This document shows, in pieces, positions 12,615 to 27,244 of a stretch of DNA of 64,000 nt (the first letter of the stretch is position 1; every line of letters starts with the position of its first letter). The position numbers were made by a program, and so were the translations under genes. The notes beneath the pieces were generated by a model. It worked only from the letters and a program-made list of their open reading frames with translations, had not been told where the DNA came from and did not search any database. Source of the DNA: Escherichia coli (GTDB lineage: Bacteria > Pseudomonadota > Gammaproteobacteria > Enterobacterales > Enterobacteriaceae); the NCBI RefSeq assembly GCF_024502345.1, contig NZ_JALDNN010000001.1. The stretch is one strand, 5' to 3'.

Positions 12615-13820
12615 ATGACCCTACCAAAAATTAAACAGGTTCGCGCCTGGTTTACTGGCGGTGCGACAGCAGAAAAAGGCGCTGGCGGCGGTGATTATCA
12701 CGACCAGGGGGCGAATCACTGGATAGACGATCATATTGCCACCCCGATGAGTAAATACCGCGATTACGAGCAGTCACGCCAGTCATTTGGCATTAACGTT
12801 CTTGGCACGTTGGTTGTTGAAGTCGAAGCAGAAAACGGCCAGACCGGATTCGCTGTTTCGACAGCCGGTGAAATGGGCTGTTTTATCGTCAAAAAACACC
12901 TTAACCGTTTCATTGAGGGTAAATGTGTCAGTGATATCAAACTGATCCACGATCAAATGCTCAATGCCACCCTGTATTACTCCGGCTCTGGTGGCCTGGT
13001 GATGAATACGATTTCCTGTGTCGATCTGGCTCTGTGGGATCTGTTCGGCAAAGTGGTCGGGCTTCCGGTTTATAAACTTTTAGGCGGCGCTGTTCGTGAT
13101 GAGATTCAGTTCTACGCCACAGGTGCGCGTCCGGATCTGGCAAAAGAGATGGGCTTTATCGGTGGCAAAATGCCGACGCACTGGGGGCCACATGATGGCG
13201 ATGCGGGGATCCGCAAAGATGCCGCTATGGTCGCGGATATGCGTGAAAAATGCGGTGAGGATTTCTGGTTAATGCTCGACTGCTGGATGAGTCAGGACGT
13301 GAACTATGCGACCAAACTGGCCCACGCTTGCGCGCCCTATAACCTGAAATGGATCGAAGAGTGCCTGCCGCCACAGCAGTATGAAGGTTATCGCGAACTG
13401 AAACGCAACGCGCCAGTCGGAATGATGGTCACCAGCGGTGAGCACCACGGCACACTGCAATCTTTTCGTACGCTTTCAGAAACCGGTATCGACATTATGC
13501 AGCCGGATGTTGGCTGGTGCGGTGGCTTAACCACGCTGGTGGAAATTGCCGCAATCGCCAAATCCAGGGGGCAACTGGTGGTGCCGCACGGTTCGTCTGT
13601 TTACTCCCACCATGCGGTGATCACCTTCACCAATACGCCATTCAGCGAATTCCTGATGACCAGTCCGGATTGTTCAACGATGCGTCCGCAGTTTGATCCG
13701 ATTCTGCTTAATGAGCCGGTTCCGGTGAATGGTCGTATTCATAAATCAGTGCTTGATAAACCCGGTTTCGGCGTCGAACTCAATCGTGACTGCAATTTGA
13801 AACGCCCCTACAGCCACTAA
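12615..13820 (+). CDS. rhmD: L-rhamnonate dehydratase RhmD, enolase superfamily (401 aa; ORF also open from ATG 12603)
   Basis: Enolase-superfamily protein; ATG 12615 has a GGAG Shine-Dalgarno 6 nt upstream. Confidence 0.9.
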   Translation: MTLPKIKQVRAWFTGGATAEKGAGGGDYHDQGANHWIDDHIATPMSKYRDYEQSRQSFGINVLGTLVVEVEAENGQTGFAVSTAGEMGCFIVKKHLNRFIEGKCVSDIKLIHDQMLNATLYYSGSGGLVMNTISCVDLALWDLFGKVVGLPVYKLLGGAVRDEIQFYATGARPDLAKEMGFIGGKMPTHWGPHDGDAGIRKDAAMVADMREKCGEDFWLMLDCWMSQDVNYATKLAHACAPYNLKWIEECLPPQQYEGYRELKRNAPVGMMVTSGEHHGTLQSFRTLSETGIDIMQPDVGWCGGLTTLVEIAAIAKSRGQLVVPHGSSVYSHHAVITFTNTPFSEFLMTSPDCSTMRPQFDPILLNEPVPVNGRIHKSVLDKPGFGVELNRDCNLKRPYSH

Positions 13821-13876
13821 TCACTCCGGGCGTTGCTGTGACAACGGTAACGCCCACATATTCTAAGGAGCTTTTT

Positions 13877-15166
13877 ATGAGCACCGCTTTGCTTGACGCC
13901 GTGGTGAAGAAAAACCGTGTGCGTTTAATTCCGTTTATGTTGGCGCTGTATGTGCTGGCGTTTCTCGACCGTTCGAATATCGGTTTTGCCAAACAGACCT
14001 ACCAGATTGATACCGGGTTGAGTAATGAAGCTTATGCGCTGGGAGCAGGCATTTTCTTTGTGGTATATGCGTTTCTGGGTGTTCCGGCGAATCTTTTGAT
14101 GCGCAAACTGGGGGCCAGAACCTGGATTGGTACGACAACACTGCTGTGGGGATTTCTTTCGGCAGCCATGGCATGGGCCGATACTGAAGCGAAATTTCTG
14201 ATAGTTCGCACTCTGCTTGGTGCTGCGGAGGCCGGATTTTTCCCTGGTATGATTTATCTCACCTCGCAATGGTTTCCGCAGCGTAATCGCGCCAGCATTA
14301 TGGGGCTGTTCTATATGGGCGCACCGCTGGCGTTAACACTGGGATCACCGCTTTCCGGCGCGCTGCTGGAGATGCATGGATTTATGGGGCATCCCGGCTG
14401 GTTCTGGATGTTTGTGATTGAAGGATTGTTGGCAGTCGGCGCTGGGGTATTCACATTCTTTTGGCTTGATGACACACCGGAGCAGGCACGTTTTCTGAGT
14501 AAACAAGAAAAAACGTTGCTTATCAATCAACTGGCAAGTGAAGAACAACAGAAAGTGACTTCTCGGCTGAGCGATGCGCTGCGTAATGGCCGAGTCTGGC
14601 AACTAGCGATTATCTACCTGACCATTCAGGTGGCTGTTTACGGATTAATTTTCTTCCTGCCGACCCAGGTTGCGGCATTGCTGGGGACAAAAGTGGGCTT
14701 TACGGCGTCGGTGGTCACCGCCATTCCGTGGGTTGCGGCCTTGTTTGGGACCTGGCTTATTCCGCGCTATTCCGATAAAACCGGCGAACGGCGTAATGTC
14801 GCAGCGCTGACATTACTGGCGGCGGGCATTGGTATTGGTCTGTCCGGGCTGCTTTCTCCAGTAATGGCGATCGTAGCGCTGTGTGTTGCAGCCATCGGGT
14901 TTATTGCCGTGCAGCCGGTGTTCTGGACGATGCCGACACAACTGCTTTCCGGTACGGCGCTGGCTGCGGGGATTGGTTTTGTAAACCTGTTTGGTGCAGT
15001 GGGCGGGTTTATTGCCCCGATCCTGCGCGTGAAAGCAGAAACGTTATTTGCCAGCGATGCGGCGGGATTACTGACGCTGGCAGCGGTGGCGGTCATCGGT
15101 TCGCTGATTATTTTCACTCTGCGTGTAAATCGCACCGTTGCGCAGACCGACGTGGCACATCATTAA
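13877..15166 (+). CDS. rhmT: MFS transporter RhmT, putative L-rhamnonate transporter (429 aa)
   Basis: ATG 13877 preceded by AAGGAG; 12-TM MFS-like hydrophobic profile. Confidence 0.88.
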   Translation: MSTALLDAVVKKNRVRLIPFMLALYVLAFLDRSNIGFAKQTYQIDTGLSNEAYALGAGIFFVVYAFLGVPANLLMRKLGARTWIGTTTLLWGFLSAAMAWADTEAKFLIVRTLLGAAEAGFFPGMIYLTSQWFPQRNRASIMGLFYMGAPLALTLGSPLSGALLEMHGFMGHPGWFWMFVIEGLLAVGAGVFTFFWLDDTPEQARFLSKQEKTLLINQLASEEQQKVTSRLSDALRNGRVWQLAIIYLTIQVAVYGLIFFLPTQVAALLGTKVGFTASVVTAIPWVAALFGTWLIPRYSDKTGERRNVAALTLLAAGIGIGLSGLLSPVMAIVALCVAAIGFIAVQPVFWTMPTQLLSGTALAAGIGFVNLFGAVGGFIAPILRVKAETLFASDAAGLLTLAAVAVIGSLIIFTLRVNRTVAQTDVAHH

Positions 15167-15183
15167 ATAGGTTAAGGAACACG

Positions 15184-15987
15184 ATGAACACATTATTAAG
15201 CAATCCCTTTAAAGAACGTTTACGCAAGGGCGAAGTGCAAATTGGTCTGTGGTTAAGCTCAACAACTGCCTATATGGCAGAAATTGCCGCCACTTCCGGT
15301 TATGACTGGTTGCTGATTGATGGGGAGCACGCGCCAAACACCATTCAGGATCTTTATCACCAGCTACAGGCGGTAGCCCCCTATGCCAGCCAACCCGTGA
15401 TCCGTCCGGTGGAAGGCAGTAAACCGCTGATTAAACAAGTCCTGGATATTGGCGCGCAAACTCTACTGATCCCGATGGTCGATACTGCCGATCAGGCACG
15501 TCAGGTGGTGTCTGCCACGCGCTATCCTCCCTACGGTGAGCGTGGAGTCGGGGCCAGTGTGGCACGGGCTGCGCGCTGGGGACGCATTGAGAATTACATG
15601 GCGCAAGTTAACGATTCACTTTGTCTGTTGGTGCAGGTGGAAAGTAAAACGGCACTGGATAACCTGGACGAAATCCTCGACGTCGAAGGGATTGATGGCG
15701 TGTTTATTGGACCTGCGGATCTTTCTGCGTCGTTGGGCTACCCGGATAACGCCGGGCACCCGGAAGTGCAGCGAATTATTGAAACCAGCATTCGGCGGAT
15801 CCGTGCTGCGGGTAAAGCGGCTGGTTTTCTGGCTGTGGCTCCTGATATGGCGCAGCAATGCCTGGCGTGGGGAGCGAACTTTGTCGCTGTTGGCGTTGAC
15901 ACGATGCTCTACAGCGATGCCCTGGATCAACGACTGGCGATGTTTAAATCAGGCAAAAATGGGCCACGCATCAAAGGTAGTTATTGA
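15184..15987 (+). CDS. rhmA: 2-keto-3-deoxy-L-rhamnonate aldolase RhmA, HpcH/HpaI family (267 aa)
   Basis: Starts [26 protein letters not shown]...; the six-frame ORF 14881..15987 is an in-frame upstream extension overlapping rhmT and is not taken as the real start. Confidence 0.9.
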   Translation: MNTLLSNPFKERLRKGEVQIGLWLSSTTAYMAEIAATSGYDWLLIDGEHAPNTIQDLYHQLQAVAPYASQPVIRPVEGSKPLIKQVLDIGAQTLLIPMVDTADQARQVVSATRYPPYGERGVGASVARAARWGRIENYMAQVNDSLCLLVQVESKTALDNLDEILDVEGIDGVFIGPADLSASLGYPDNAGHPEVQRIIETSIRRIRAAGKAAGFLAVAPDMAQQCLAWGANFVAVGVDTMLYSDALDQRLAMFKSGKNGPRIKGSY

Positions 15988-16027
15988 TATCAAAGGCCCA
16001 TGGGGATCGGCTGTGGGCCTGTGTTAA

Positions 16028-16228
16028 TTAGTGGTTATTCGCTGCCAGATCGGCTTCGCTTAGCTGGGTGGCCGCGAGCACCAGGTCACGATCAAAGCCC
16101 TGTTCCAGCATGCGCAAAGCAATTTTAATGGCTTGTTCATGCATGCCTTCCTGCAAACCTTCTAATTTACCTTCTTGCCAGCCAATTTGATGTCCTTCCT
16201 GCCGTAGCCGTTCAGCATTAGTCATCAA
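16028..16228 (-). CDS. ypaA: YpaA, 66-aa standalone copy of the Rpn C-terminal domain (partial duplicate of the rpnE 3' end)
   Basis: [45 protein letters not shown]... is near-identical to the last ~70 residues of the adjacent 323-aa ORF. Confidence 0.7.
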   Translation of the reverse strand: MMTNAERLRQEGHQIGWQEGKLEGLQEGMHEQAIKIALRMLEQGFDRDLVLAATQLSEADLAANNH

Positions 16229-16237
16229 TCTCTCCTT

Positions 16238-17209
16238 TTAATGACAGTTCGGAATATCAGCATCAGTGAGTTGGGTTGCCGCCAGCACAATCTCACGTTC
16301 AAAGCCCTGCTCCAGCATGCGCAAGGCAATTTTAATGGCTTGCTCATGCATGCCTTCCTGCAAACCTTCTAATTTACCTTTCTGCAGACCCTCCAATTTA
16401 CCTTGCTGCAAACCTTCTAATTTACCTTCCTGCCAACCAATTTGATGTCCTTCCTGCCGTAGCCGTTCAGCAATAGTCATTAATCTCTCCTTTTGTAGTG
16501 GTGAACGTTCGGCAATCTCCTGAATAAAACGGGTGAAACGGGAGGTATCGCCGCATTGCAGCAGATAATTAAACAGTGTTTGTAGCTGGCTGTCATTAGT
16601 GAAGCCTCTAACCAAAAGCGTGGTGATCCTGTCGACCATACCGATTAAATCGCGGTCGCGAATATGCTTTTGAATCAGTTCCAGCAGAGCTATACGCCGA
16701 TGTTGCATGATCTCATCGTCAGGTACGATGGTGATATCCACCAACGGAAAAGCTTCGGTGTACAACTGCCGGGCAAGTTGCGGATCGTCAAACTCATCCA
16801 GCCAGTTGAGTGAGTACGGGTAGGGCGAGGTTTCGCCATGATAAAACAGCAACGGCACCACCAGCTGGACTCTGTCATAGCCTTTGTCCAGGTGACGCTG
16901 CATGGCGGCAGTGGCATAGCGCATTAGCCGAAAAGCCATATTCTTTTCTGCAGAGCTTTGATGTTCAATCACGCAGTAGATATAGCCGTCACCGTCGCTG
17001 GTTTCCACGGACCACAAAACATCCGAGTAGTAAGCGCGTAAACTTTTTTCAATAAAACTAGTGGGTTCCAGGCGTAAGGTTTGCAGGTTGCAAAGCTTGC
17101 GCAGTGGTTCTGGTAAATGTATTTCGAGAAAATCCCGTGCGGTTTCGGGTGTGAACATAAAGGTTTTAAACACCGCATCATGCGGGGAGGAGGTTGTTGA
17201 TTCGGTCAT
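16238..17209 (-). CDS. rpnE: Rpn-family recombination-promoting nuclease / transposase_31-like protein RpnE (YfaD), 323 aa
   Basis: ORF 323 aa ([19 protein letters not shown]...), recognised as YhgA/Rpn family; C-terminus contains the GKLEGLQ repeat. Confidence 0.85.
   Translation of the reverse strand: MTESTTSSPHDAVFKTFMFTPETARDFLEIHLPEPLRKLCNLQTLRLEPTSFIEKSLRAYYSDVLWSVETSDGDGYIYCVIEHQSSAEKNMAFRLMRYATAAMQRHLDKGYDRVQLVVPLLFYHGETSPYPYSLNWLDEFDDPQLARQLYTEAFPLVDITIVPDDEIMQHRRIALLELIQKHIRDRDLIGMVDRITTLLVRGFTNDSQLQTLFNYLLQCGDTSRFTRFIQEIAERSPLQKERLMTIAERLRQEGHQIGWQEGKLEGLQQGKLEGLQKGKLEGLQEGMHEQAIKIALRMLEQGFEREIVLAATQLTDADIPNCH
16361..16432 (-). repeat. three in-frame tandem copies of a 24-bp unit (CAAACCTTCTAATTTACCTTCCTG and variants) in the rpnE 3' region, encoding (Q/K/E)GKLEGLQ x3
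   Basis: Seen directly: units at 16361-16384, 16385-16408 and 16409-16432; ypaA carries a single copy (16154-16177). Confidence 0.9.
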
Positions 17210-17402
17210 GGTTGTCCGTCACCTGATATTTATGATGACGCGACATTACGGTTATCCCAGGCCTTTGACATCTGCCAGTTTCAGCCTTTGCGAGACGTTT
17301 TCAGAGGAATTTTCACTGCGTTGCAACGCATACATGGTGCGTGGAATCGCGCTCGCAAAAATGCCCGATAAGCAATGTGCTTACCGGGCATCAAAAGGTC
17401 GG

Positions 17403-21467
<4,065 letters not shown>

Positions 21468-21611
21468 TGTTATCCCTCTGAAGTTCGTTTTTTACCATTT
21501 AGCCATAGTAAAAACATGAATTGTTTGATTTCGCGCATATTCGCTCATAATTCGAAAGTGAAACGTGATTTCATGCGTCATTTTGAACATTTTGTAAATC
21601 TTATTTAATAA

Positions 21612-21631
21612 TGTGTGCGGCAATTCACATT
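21612..21631. promoter_or_regulatory. CRP-binding site TGTGC-GGCAAT-TCACA in the glpA/glpT divergent control region
   Basis: Near-perfect match to the CRP consensus TGTGA-N6-TCACA, about 120 bp upstream of the glpT ATG; the glp regulon is known to be cAMP-CRP dependent. Confidence 0.65.
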
Positions 21632-21739
21632 TAATTTATGAATGTTTTCTTAACATCGCGGCAACTCAAGAAACGGCAGGTTCTCTCACTGAATCAGGCT
21701 GTTAATCATAAATAAGACCACGGGCCACGGAGGCTATCA

Positions 21740-23098
21740 ATGTTGAGTATTTTTAAACCAGCGCCACACAAAGCGCGCTTACCTGCCGCGGAGATCGATC
21801 CGACTTATCGTCGATTGCGCTGGCAAATTTTCCTGGGGATATTCTTTGGCTATGCTGCTTACTATTTGGTTCGTAAGAACTTTGCGCTCGCTATGCCTTA
21901 CCTGGTGGAGCAGGGATTCTCACGCGGTGATTTAGGTTTTGCGCTTTCTGGGATCTCGATCGCCTATGGATTTTCGAAATTCATCATGGGTTCGGTATCG
22001 GATCGCTCGAATCCGCGCGTTTTCCTGCCCGCAGGTTTGATTCTGGCGGCGGCAGTGATGTTGTTTATGGGCTTTGTGCCATGGGCGACGTCGAGCATTG
22101 CGGTAATGTTTGTACTGTTGTTCCTCTGCGGTTGGTTCCAGGGGATGGGGTGGCCGCCGTGTGGTCGTACTATGGTGCACTGGTGGTCGCAGAAAGAACG
22201 TGGCGGCATTGTGTCAGTGTGGAACTGTGCGCACAACGTCGGTGGTGGTATTCCGCCGCTGCTGTTCCTGCTGGGGATGGCCTGGTTCAATGACTGGCAC
22301 GCGGCGCTCTATATGCCCGCTTTCTGCGCCATTCTGGTGGCATTATTCGCCTTTGCGATGATGCGCGATACCCCGCAATCCTGTGGCCTGCCGCCGATCG
22401 AAGAGTACAAAAATGATTATCCGGACGACTATAACGAAAAAGCGGAACAGGAGCTGACTGCGAAGCAAATCTTCATGCAGTACGTGCTGCCGAACAAACT
22501 GCTGTGGTACATCGCCATCGCCAACGTGTTCGTTTATCTGCTGCGTTACGGCATCCTCGACTGGTCACCGACTTATCTGAAAGAGGTTAAGCATTTCGCG
22601 CTGGATAAATCCTCCTGGGCCTACTTCTTCTATGAGTATGCGGGTATTCCGGGCACCCTGCTGTGCGGCTGGATGTCGGATAAAGTCTTCCGTGGCAACC
22701 GTGGGGCAACCGGCGTCTTCTTTATGACACTGGTGACCATCGCGACTATCGTTTACTGGATGAACCCGGCAGGTAACCCAACCGTCGATATGATTTGTAT
22801 GATTGTTATCGGCTTCCTGATCTACGGCCCTGTGATGCTGATCGGTCTGCATGCGCTGGAACTGGCACCGAAAAAAGCGGCAGGAACGGCAGCGGGCTTT
22901 ACCGGTCTGTTTGGTTACCTGGGCGGTTCGGTGGCGGCGAGCGCGATTGTTGGCTACACCGTGGACTTCTTCGGCTGGGATGGCGGCTTTATGGTAATGA
23001 TTGGCGGCAGCATTCTGGCGGTTATCTTGTTGATTGTTGTGATGATTGGCGAAAAACGTCGCCATCAGGAATTACTGCAAAAACGCAACGGAGGCTAA
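21740..23098 (+). CDS. glpT: glycerol-3-phosphate:phosphate antiporter GlpT, MFS (452 aa)
   Basis: ORF 452 aa; MFS organophosphate antiporter sequence ([31 protein letters not shown]...). Confidence 0.96.
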   Translation: MLSIFKPAPHKARLPAAEIDPTYRRLRWQIFLGIFFGYAAYYLVRKNFALAMPYLVEQGFSRGDLGFALSGISIAYGFSKFIMGSVSDRSNPRVFLPAGLILAAAVMLFMGFVPWATSSIAVMFVLLFLCGWFQGMGWPPCGRTMVHWWSQKERGGIVSVWNCAHNVGGGIPPLLFLLGMAWFNDWHAALYMPAFCAILVALFAFAMMRDTPQSCGLPPIEEYKNDYPDDYNEKAEQELTAKQIFMQYVLPNKLLWYIAIANVFVYLLRYGILDWSPTYLKEVKHFALDKSSWAYFFYEYAGIPGTLLCGWMSDKVFRGNRGATGVFFMTLVTIATIVYWMNPAGNPTVDMICMIVIGFLIYGPVMLIGLHALELAPKKAAGTAAGFTGLFGYLGGSVAASAIVGYTVDFFGWDGGFMVMIGGSILAVILLIVVMIGEKRRHQELLQKRNGG

Positions 23099-23102
23099 TG
23101 GC

Positions 23103-24182
23103 ATGAAATTGACGCTGAAAAACCTTAGCATGGCGATCATGATGAGCACTATAGTCATGGGAAGCAGTGCACTGGCGGCGGACAGCAACGAAAAAATAGT
23201 CATCGCCCATCGCGGTGCCAGTGGATATTTGCCGGAGCATACGCTGCCAGCAAAAGCGATGGCGTATGCGCAGGGAGCGGATTATCTGGAACAGGATTTG
23301 GTGATGACCAAAGACGACCATCTGGTTGTTCTGCATGACCATTACCTCGATCGTGTTACTGATGTTGCCGATCGTTTCCCGGATCGGGCGCGCAAAGACG
23401 GTCGTTACTACGCGATAGATTTCACGCTGGATGAAATTAAGTCGTTGAAATTTACCGAAGGTTTCGATATTGAAAACGGTAAAAAAGTGCAGACTTATCC
23501 GGGGCGTTTCCCAATGGGTAAGTCCGACTTCCGGGTGCACACCTTTGAAGAAGAGATTGAATTTGTTCAGGGGTTAAATCACTCTACCGGGAAAAATATC
23601 GGTATCTATCCAGAAATCAAAGCGCCGTGGTTCCATCATCAGGAAGGGAAGGATATTGCGGCAAAAACGCTGGAAGTGCTGAAGAAATATGGTTACACCG
23701 GTAAAGACGATAAAGTTTATTTGCAATGTTTTGATGCTGATGAGCTGAAGCGTATTAAGAATGAGCTGGAACCCAAAATGGGCATGGATCTCAATCTGGT
23801 ACAGCTGATTGCCTATACCGACTGGAATGAAACGCAGCAGAAACAGCCGGACGGAAGCTGGGTTAATTACAACTACGACTGGATGTTTAAGCCGGGTGCC
23901 ATGAAACAGGTGGCGGAATATGCAGATGGTATTGGTCCGGATTACCATATGTTGATTGAGGAGACATCGCAGCCGGGTAATATCAAACTCACTGGCATGG
24001 TGCAAGATGCTCAGCAGAACAAGCTGGTAGTGCATCCTTATACCGTGCGGTCAGATAAACTGCCTGAATACACAACTGATGTGAATCAGTTATATGATGC
24101 TCTGTATAACAAAGCGGGTGTAAATGGGTTGTTTACTGATTTCCCTGATAAAGCGGTTAAATTCCTGCATAAAGATAATTAA
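23103..24182 (+). CDS. glpQ: periplasmic glycerophosphodiester phosphodiesterase GlpQ (about 358 aa)
   Basis: ATG 23103 with GGAGG upstream; signal peptide MKLTLKNLSMAIMMSTIVMGSSALA; catalytic motif HRGASGYLPEHT. Confidence 0.95.
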   Translation: MKLTLKNLSMAIMMSTIVMGSSALAADSNEKIVIAHRGASGYLPEHTLPAKAMAYAQGADYLEQDLVMTKDDHLVVLHDHYLDRVTDVADRFPDRARKDGRYYAIDFTLDEIKSLKFTEGFDIENGKKVQTYPGRFPMGKSDFRVHTFEEEIEFVQGLNHSTGKNIGIYPEIKAPWFHHQEGKDIAAKTLEVLKKYGYTGKDDKVYLQCFDADELKRIKNELEPKMGMDLNLVQLIAYTDWNETQQKQPDGSWVNYNYDWMFKPGAMKQVAEYADGIGPDYHMLIEETSQPGNIKLTGMVQDAQQNKLVVHPYTVRSDKLPEYTTDVNQLYDALYNKAGVNGLFTDFPDKAVKFLHKDN

Positions 24183-24189
24183 TGACACA

Positions 24190-24228
24190 GGCATCCGGGA
24201 AGGCAAAACCTGACCGGATGCCCTTTTC
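24190..24228. terminator. hairpin GGCATCCGG-N15-CCGGATGCC followed by CTTTT, between convergent glpQ and the LysR gene
   Basis: 9-bp perfect inverted repeat directly after the glpQ stop; T-run on the + strand. Confidence 0.5.
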
Positions 24229-25105
24229 ACAATATGCCTTTGACCACCAGGGTTTCCATACACATTTGCAATAAAAACAATGGGCTGCCTTCTACCGGCG
24301 CCTCTTTGACCAGCAATGAAATTTGCCGATAAAACGTCGGCTCCAGCGGGACAGAGCATAACTCACCGGCGACGGCTTTCAGCGTCAGCTCCGGTAACAG
24401 AGCAATTCCTAATCCCTGGCGAATAAAACTTATTGCCGTATCTGGATGGTTAAATTCATATTTAATGACCGGCGTAATATTCTTTTCCTTAAATAACGCC
24501 ATAATGCTTAATTCATAACGCCCCTTACTGATAATGAGCGGTTCTCCCACCAGTTCTTCCACCGATATAGCGTTATTTTTTGCCAGGGGATGAGCATCTG
24601 GCAGCACCACGGTAAATTTATCCTGATATACCGGGACGGAATACATTCCGGTTACCGGAAAATGGACAAAACCGGCATCGATAGTTTCGTTTTGCACCGA
24701 ATCAATAATTTCACTGCTGTTCTCTTCGTAAGGAATGATTTTTATCTGCGGATGATAAGTTTCAAAATAGCGAATAATACCCGGTAAAATACACGCGCAG
24801 GCGCTGGGAAAGCAGCCGATGCGCAGCGTTCTGGTCGGGTTATGTTTTTCCTGCTCGGCAATTTCTTTCACAGCGTTCACTTCACGGGTAATCGCCCGCA
24901 GATGGCTTGCGATGCGTGAGCCGGCGTCAGTCAGCTGCAGTGCTTTTCGCCGCTCGCGGATCAGGATCTCTACGCCAAGCTCTTGCTCCAGGGTGGCAAT
25001 GGCCTGGCTTACGGCGGATTGCGTCATAAACAGGCGCTTACTGGCTTCGGTAAAGCCGCCATAATCCAGTACGGCGAGCAGGGTGTGGATTTGGGTTAGT
25101 GTCAT
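24227..25105 (-). CDS. LysR-family transcriptional regulator (292 aa)
   Basis: N-terminal LysR HTH (MTLTQIHTLLAVLDYGGFTEASKRLFMTQSAVSQAIATLEQELG) plus substrate-binding domain; divergent from an MFS gene. Probably the intact counterpart of the K-12 yfaH remnant (inference). Confidence 0.85.
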   Translation of the reverse strand: MTLTQIHTLLAVLDYGGFTEASKRLFMTQSAVSQAIATLEQELGVEILIRERRKALQLTDAGSRIASHLRAITREVNAVKEIAEQEKHNPTRTLRIGCFPSACACILPGIIRYFETYHPQIKIIPYEENSSEIIDSVQNETIDAGFVHFPVTGMYSVPVYQDKFTVVLPDAHPLAKNNAISVEELVGEPLIISKGRYELSIMALFKEKNITPVIKYEFNHPDTAISFIRQGLGIALLPELTLKAVAGELCSVPLEPTFYRQISLLVKEAPVEGSPLFLLQMCMETLVVKGIL

Positions 25106-25148
25106 TAGTAATATCTAATTAATATGATTAAAACGATTAATTTCTCTT

Positions 25149-25174
25149 ATAGAGTGCATCCATTTATACTCTAT
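25149..25174. promoter_or_regulatory. LysR-type T-N11-A operator candidate: inverted repeat ATAGAGT-N12-ACTCTAT
   Basis: Perfect 7-bp inverted repeat in the 164-bp divergent intergenic region between the LysR gene and the MFS gene. Confidence 0.55.
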
Positions 25175-25269
25175 TTCTATCGAGTAAATCACATTTTGAC
25201 GCACCTGTAGTGGTTCAGCCTGTGATGCTGAGCGGTGTCCTTGTGCGCCATTTGAACGGGTCGTTTAGT

Positions 25270-26460
25270 ATGAAAGAAAAATTATGGACGAAAGATTTTT
25301 GGGCAATCACCATTATTAGCTTTATTATCTTTTTCGTCTTTTATGTGTTGCTGACCTTATTACCTATTTATATCTCCGATCGTCTCCATGCATCCCCTGA
25401 TAAAGCTGGTCTGCTGGTGACATTATTTTTAATTGCGGCGATTGTTATTCGACCCTTTGCCGGGCAATGGGTGGGTAAATATTCGAATAAAACTATTCTG
25501 GTGCTCTCTTCTCTGGCCTTTTTGGTGGTCACTGCGCTGTATCCTTTTTGCCACTCAATAGAATCACTGCTTTTTATTAGGGTGCTTCATGGTATTACCT
25601 TCGGGGTTATCACAACGGTAAAGGGAACGATTTCCGCGCGGCTGATCCCGGCTTCCCGACGTGGGGAGGGCATCAGTTTTTTCTCTTTGGCAATGGGGCT
25701 GGCAATGGTGGTCGGGCCGTGGATTGGCCTGAATATGGCGCGCTGGGAGGCCTTTAATATGGCTTTCTGGTTATGTACTGGCGTTGCGGCGGTGGGGATT
25801 ATCCTGTCGCTGATTATGACCGTGCCGCCGGTTATCAGCCATGCCGATGGTTCAAAGCCAAAGATGGGCTTCGCCGCCATGTTCGATCGCGCGGCATTGC
25901 CGTTTGCCATGGTTACATTCTTTATGACCTTTTCGTATGCCGGGGTTTCTGCCTTTCTGGCGCTTTACGCCCGCGAACTTAATCTGATGTCGGCGGCCAG
26001 TAATTTCCTGCTCTGCTACGCCATCTTCCTGATGATCTGCCGTACCTTCACCGGCAATGTTTGCGACAAAAAAGGCCCGAAATATGTGGTTTACCCCTGC
26101 CTGCTGTTCTTTACGGTTGGGCTGGTGGTTCTCGGCTACACCCAGGGCAGCGTAATGATGGTCGTTTCTGGCGCGTTGATTGGTATCGGGTATGGTTCCG
26201 TGACGCCAGTTTTTCAGACGCAGATTATCAGTTCAGTGGAACCGCATAAAATCGGTGTCGCAAACTCCCTCTTCTTCAATGCGATGGATGCAGGCCTGGC
26301 GCTGGGAGCCTGTGTGATGGGGATGATGGTTGCACATACTGGCTACCGAATGATTTATCTGCTGGGCGCACTATTAGTGGTAGTGGCTGGTGGAGTCTAT
26401 GCGCTGCAAATGAAGGGTAAAAGCGGTGTCGCGCTAGTAGTGGCAAAAGAAATTCATTAA
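25270..26460 (+). CDS. MFS transporter (396 aa), divergently paired with the LysR regulator
   Basis: ATG 25270 (MKEKLWTKDFWAITIISFIIFFVFYVLLTLLPIYI...); multi-TM hydrophobic profile of a major-facilitator transporter; six-frame ORF begins 20 codons upstream. Confidence 0.8.
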   Translation: MKEKLWTKDFWAITIISFIIFFVFYVLLTLLPIYISDRLHASPDKAGLLVTLFLIAAIVIRPFAGQWVGKYSNKTILVLSSLAFLVVTALYPFCHSIESLLFIRVLHGITFGVITTVKGTISARLIPASRRGEGISFFSLAMGLAMVVGPWIGLNMARWEAFNMAFWLCTGVAAVGIILSLIMTVPPVISHADGSKPKMGFAAMFDRAALPFAMVTFFMTFSYAGVSAFLALYARELNLMSAASNFLLCYAIFLMICRTFTGNVCDKKGPKYVVYPCLLFFTVGLVVLGYTQGSVMMVVSGALIGIGYGSVTPVFQTQIISSVEPHKIGVANSLFFNAMDAGLALGACVMGMMVAHTGYRMIYLLGALLVVVAGGVYALQMKGKSGVALVVAKEIH

Positions 26461-26540
26461 TACGACACGTTTCATTAAGATTTTTCGCAGGTAACCACCT
26501 ATAGTCATTGTCGTTAATAAAAAATGACAGGCGATAGGGT

Positions 26541-27191
26541 ATGGCAGTTTCAGCAAAGCACGACGAATTTAATCACTGGTGGGCAACAGAGGGCGACTGG
26601 GTTGAAGAGCCTAACTATCGCCGTAATGGTATGAGCGGGGTGCAATGCGTCGAGCGCAACGGCAAAAAGCTATATGTAAAGCGCATGACGCATCATCTGT
26701 TTCATTCCGTACGTTATCCTTTCGGCCGACCAACGATTGTCCGTGAGGTTGCGGTAATTAAAGAACTGGAACGGGCCGGTGTCATCGTGCCGAAGATCGT
26801 TTTTGGTGAAGCGATGAAAATTGAGGGGGAATGGCGCGCGTTGCTGGTGACTGAAGATATGGCGGGGTTCATCAGCATTGCTGACTGGTATGCCCAGCAT
26901 GCAGTAACGCCCTATTCTGACGAAGTACGGCAAGCCATGTTGAAAGCAGTGGCGCTGGCGTTTAAGAAAATGCATAGCGTTAATCGTCAGCATGGCTGTT
27001 GTTATGTTCGCCATATCTATGTGAAAACAGAAGGTAAGGCAGAAGCTGGTTTTCTTGATCTGGAGAAAAGTCGTCGCCGCTTGCGTCGCGATAAAGCGAT
27101 TAATCATGACTTCCGCCAGCTGGAAAAATATCTGGAGCCGATCCCCAAAGCGGACTGGGAGCAGGTAAAAGCGTATTACTACGCCATGTAA
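26541..27191 (+). CDS. inaA: InaA, acid-inducible Kdo/WaaP-family kinase-like protein (216 aa)
   Basis: ORF 216 aa with lipopolysaccharide-kinase-like sequence; position between glpQ and yfaE. Confidence 0.88.
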   Translation: MAVSAKHDEFNHWWATEGDWVEEPNYRRNGMSGVQCVERNGKKLYVKRMTHHLFHSVRYPFGRPTIVREVAVIKELERAGVIVPKIVFGEAMKIEGEWRALLVTEDMAGFISIADWYAQHAVTPYSDEVRQAMLKAVALAFKKMHSVNRQHGCCYVRHIYVKTEGKAEAGFLDLEKSRRRLRRDKAINHDFRQLEKYLEPIPKADWEQVKAYYYAM

Positions 27192-27244
27192 TCGTTGTAG
27201 GCCAGATAATACGCGTAAGCGTCGTATCTGGCGCTAGTACCCGA

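Noticed and set aside
14881-15987. 368-aa ORF as a longer form of rhmA
   Set aside because: The upstream 101 codons overlap the end of rhmT in another frame; the aldolase sequence begins at ATG 15184, giving the expected 267-aa HpcH-family protein.
16238-17209. rpnE as an active IS/transposon
   Set aside because: Transposase_31-like but no terminal inverted repeats or target-site duplications are visible; Rpn genes are chromosomal nuclease genes rather than mobile IS elements, so it was not called a mobile_element.
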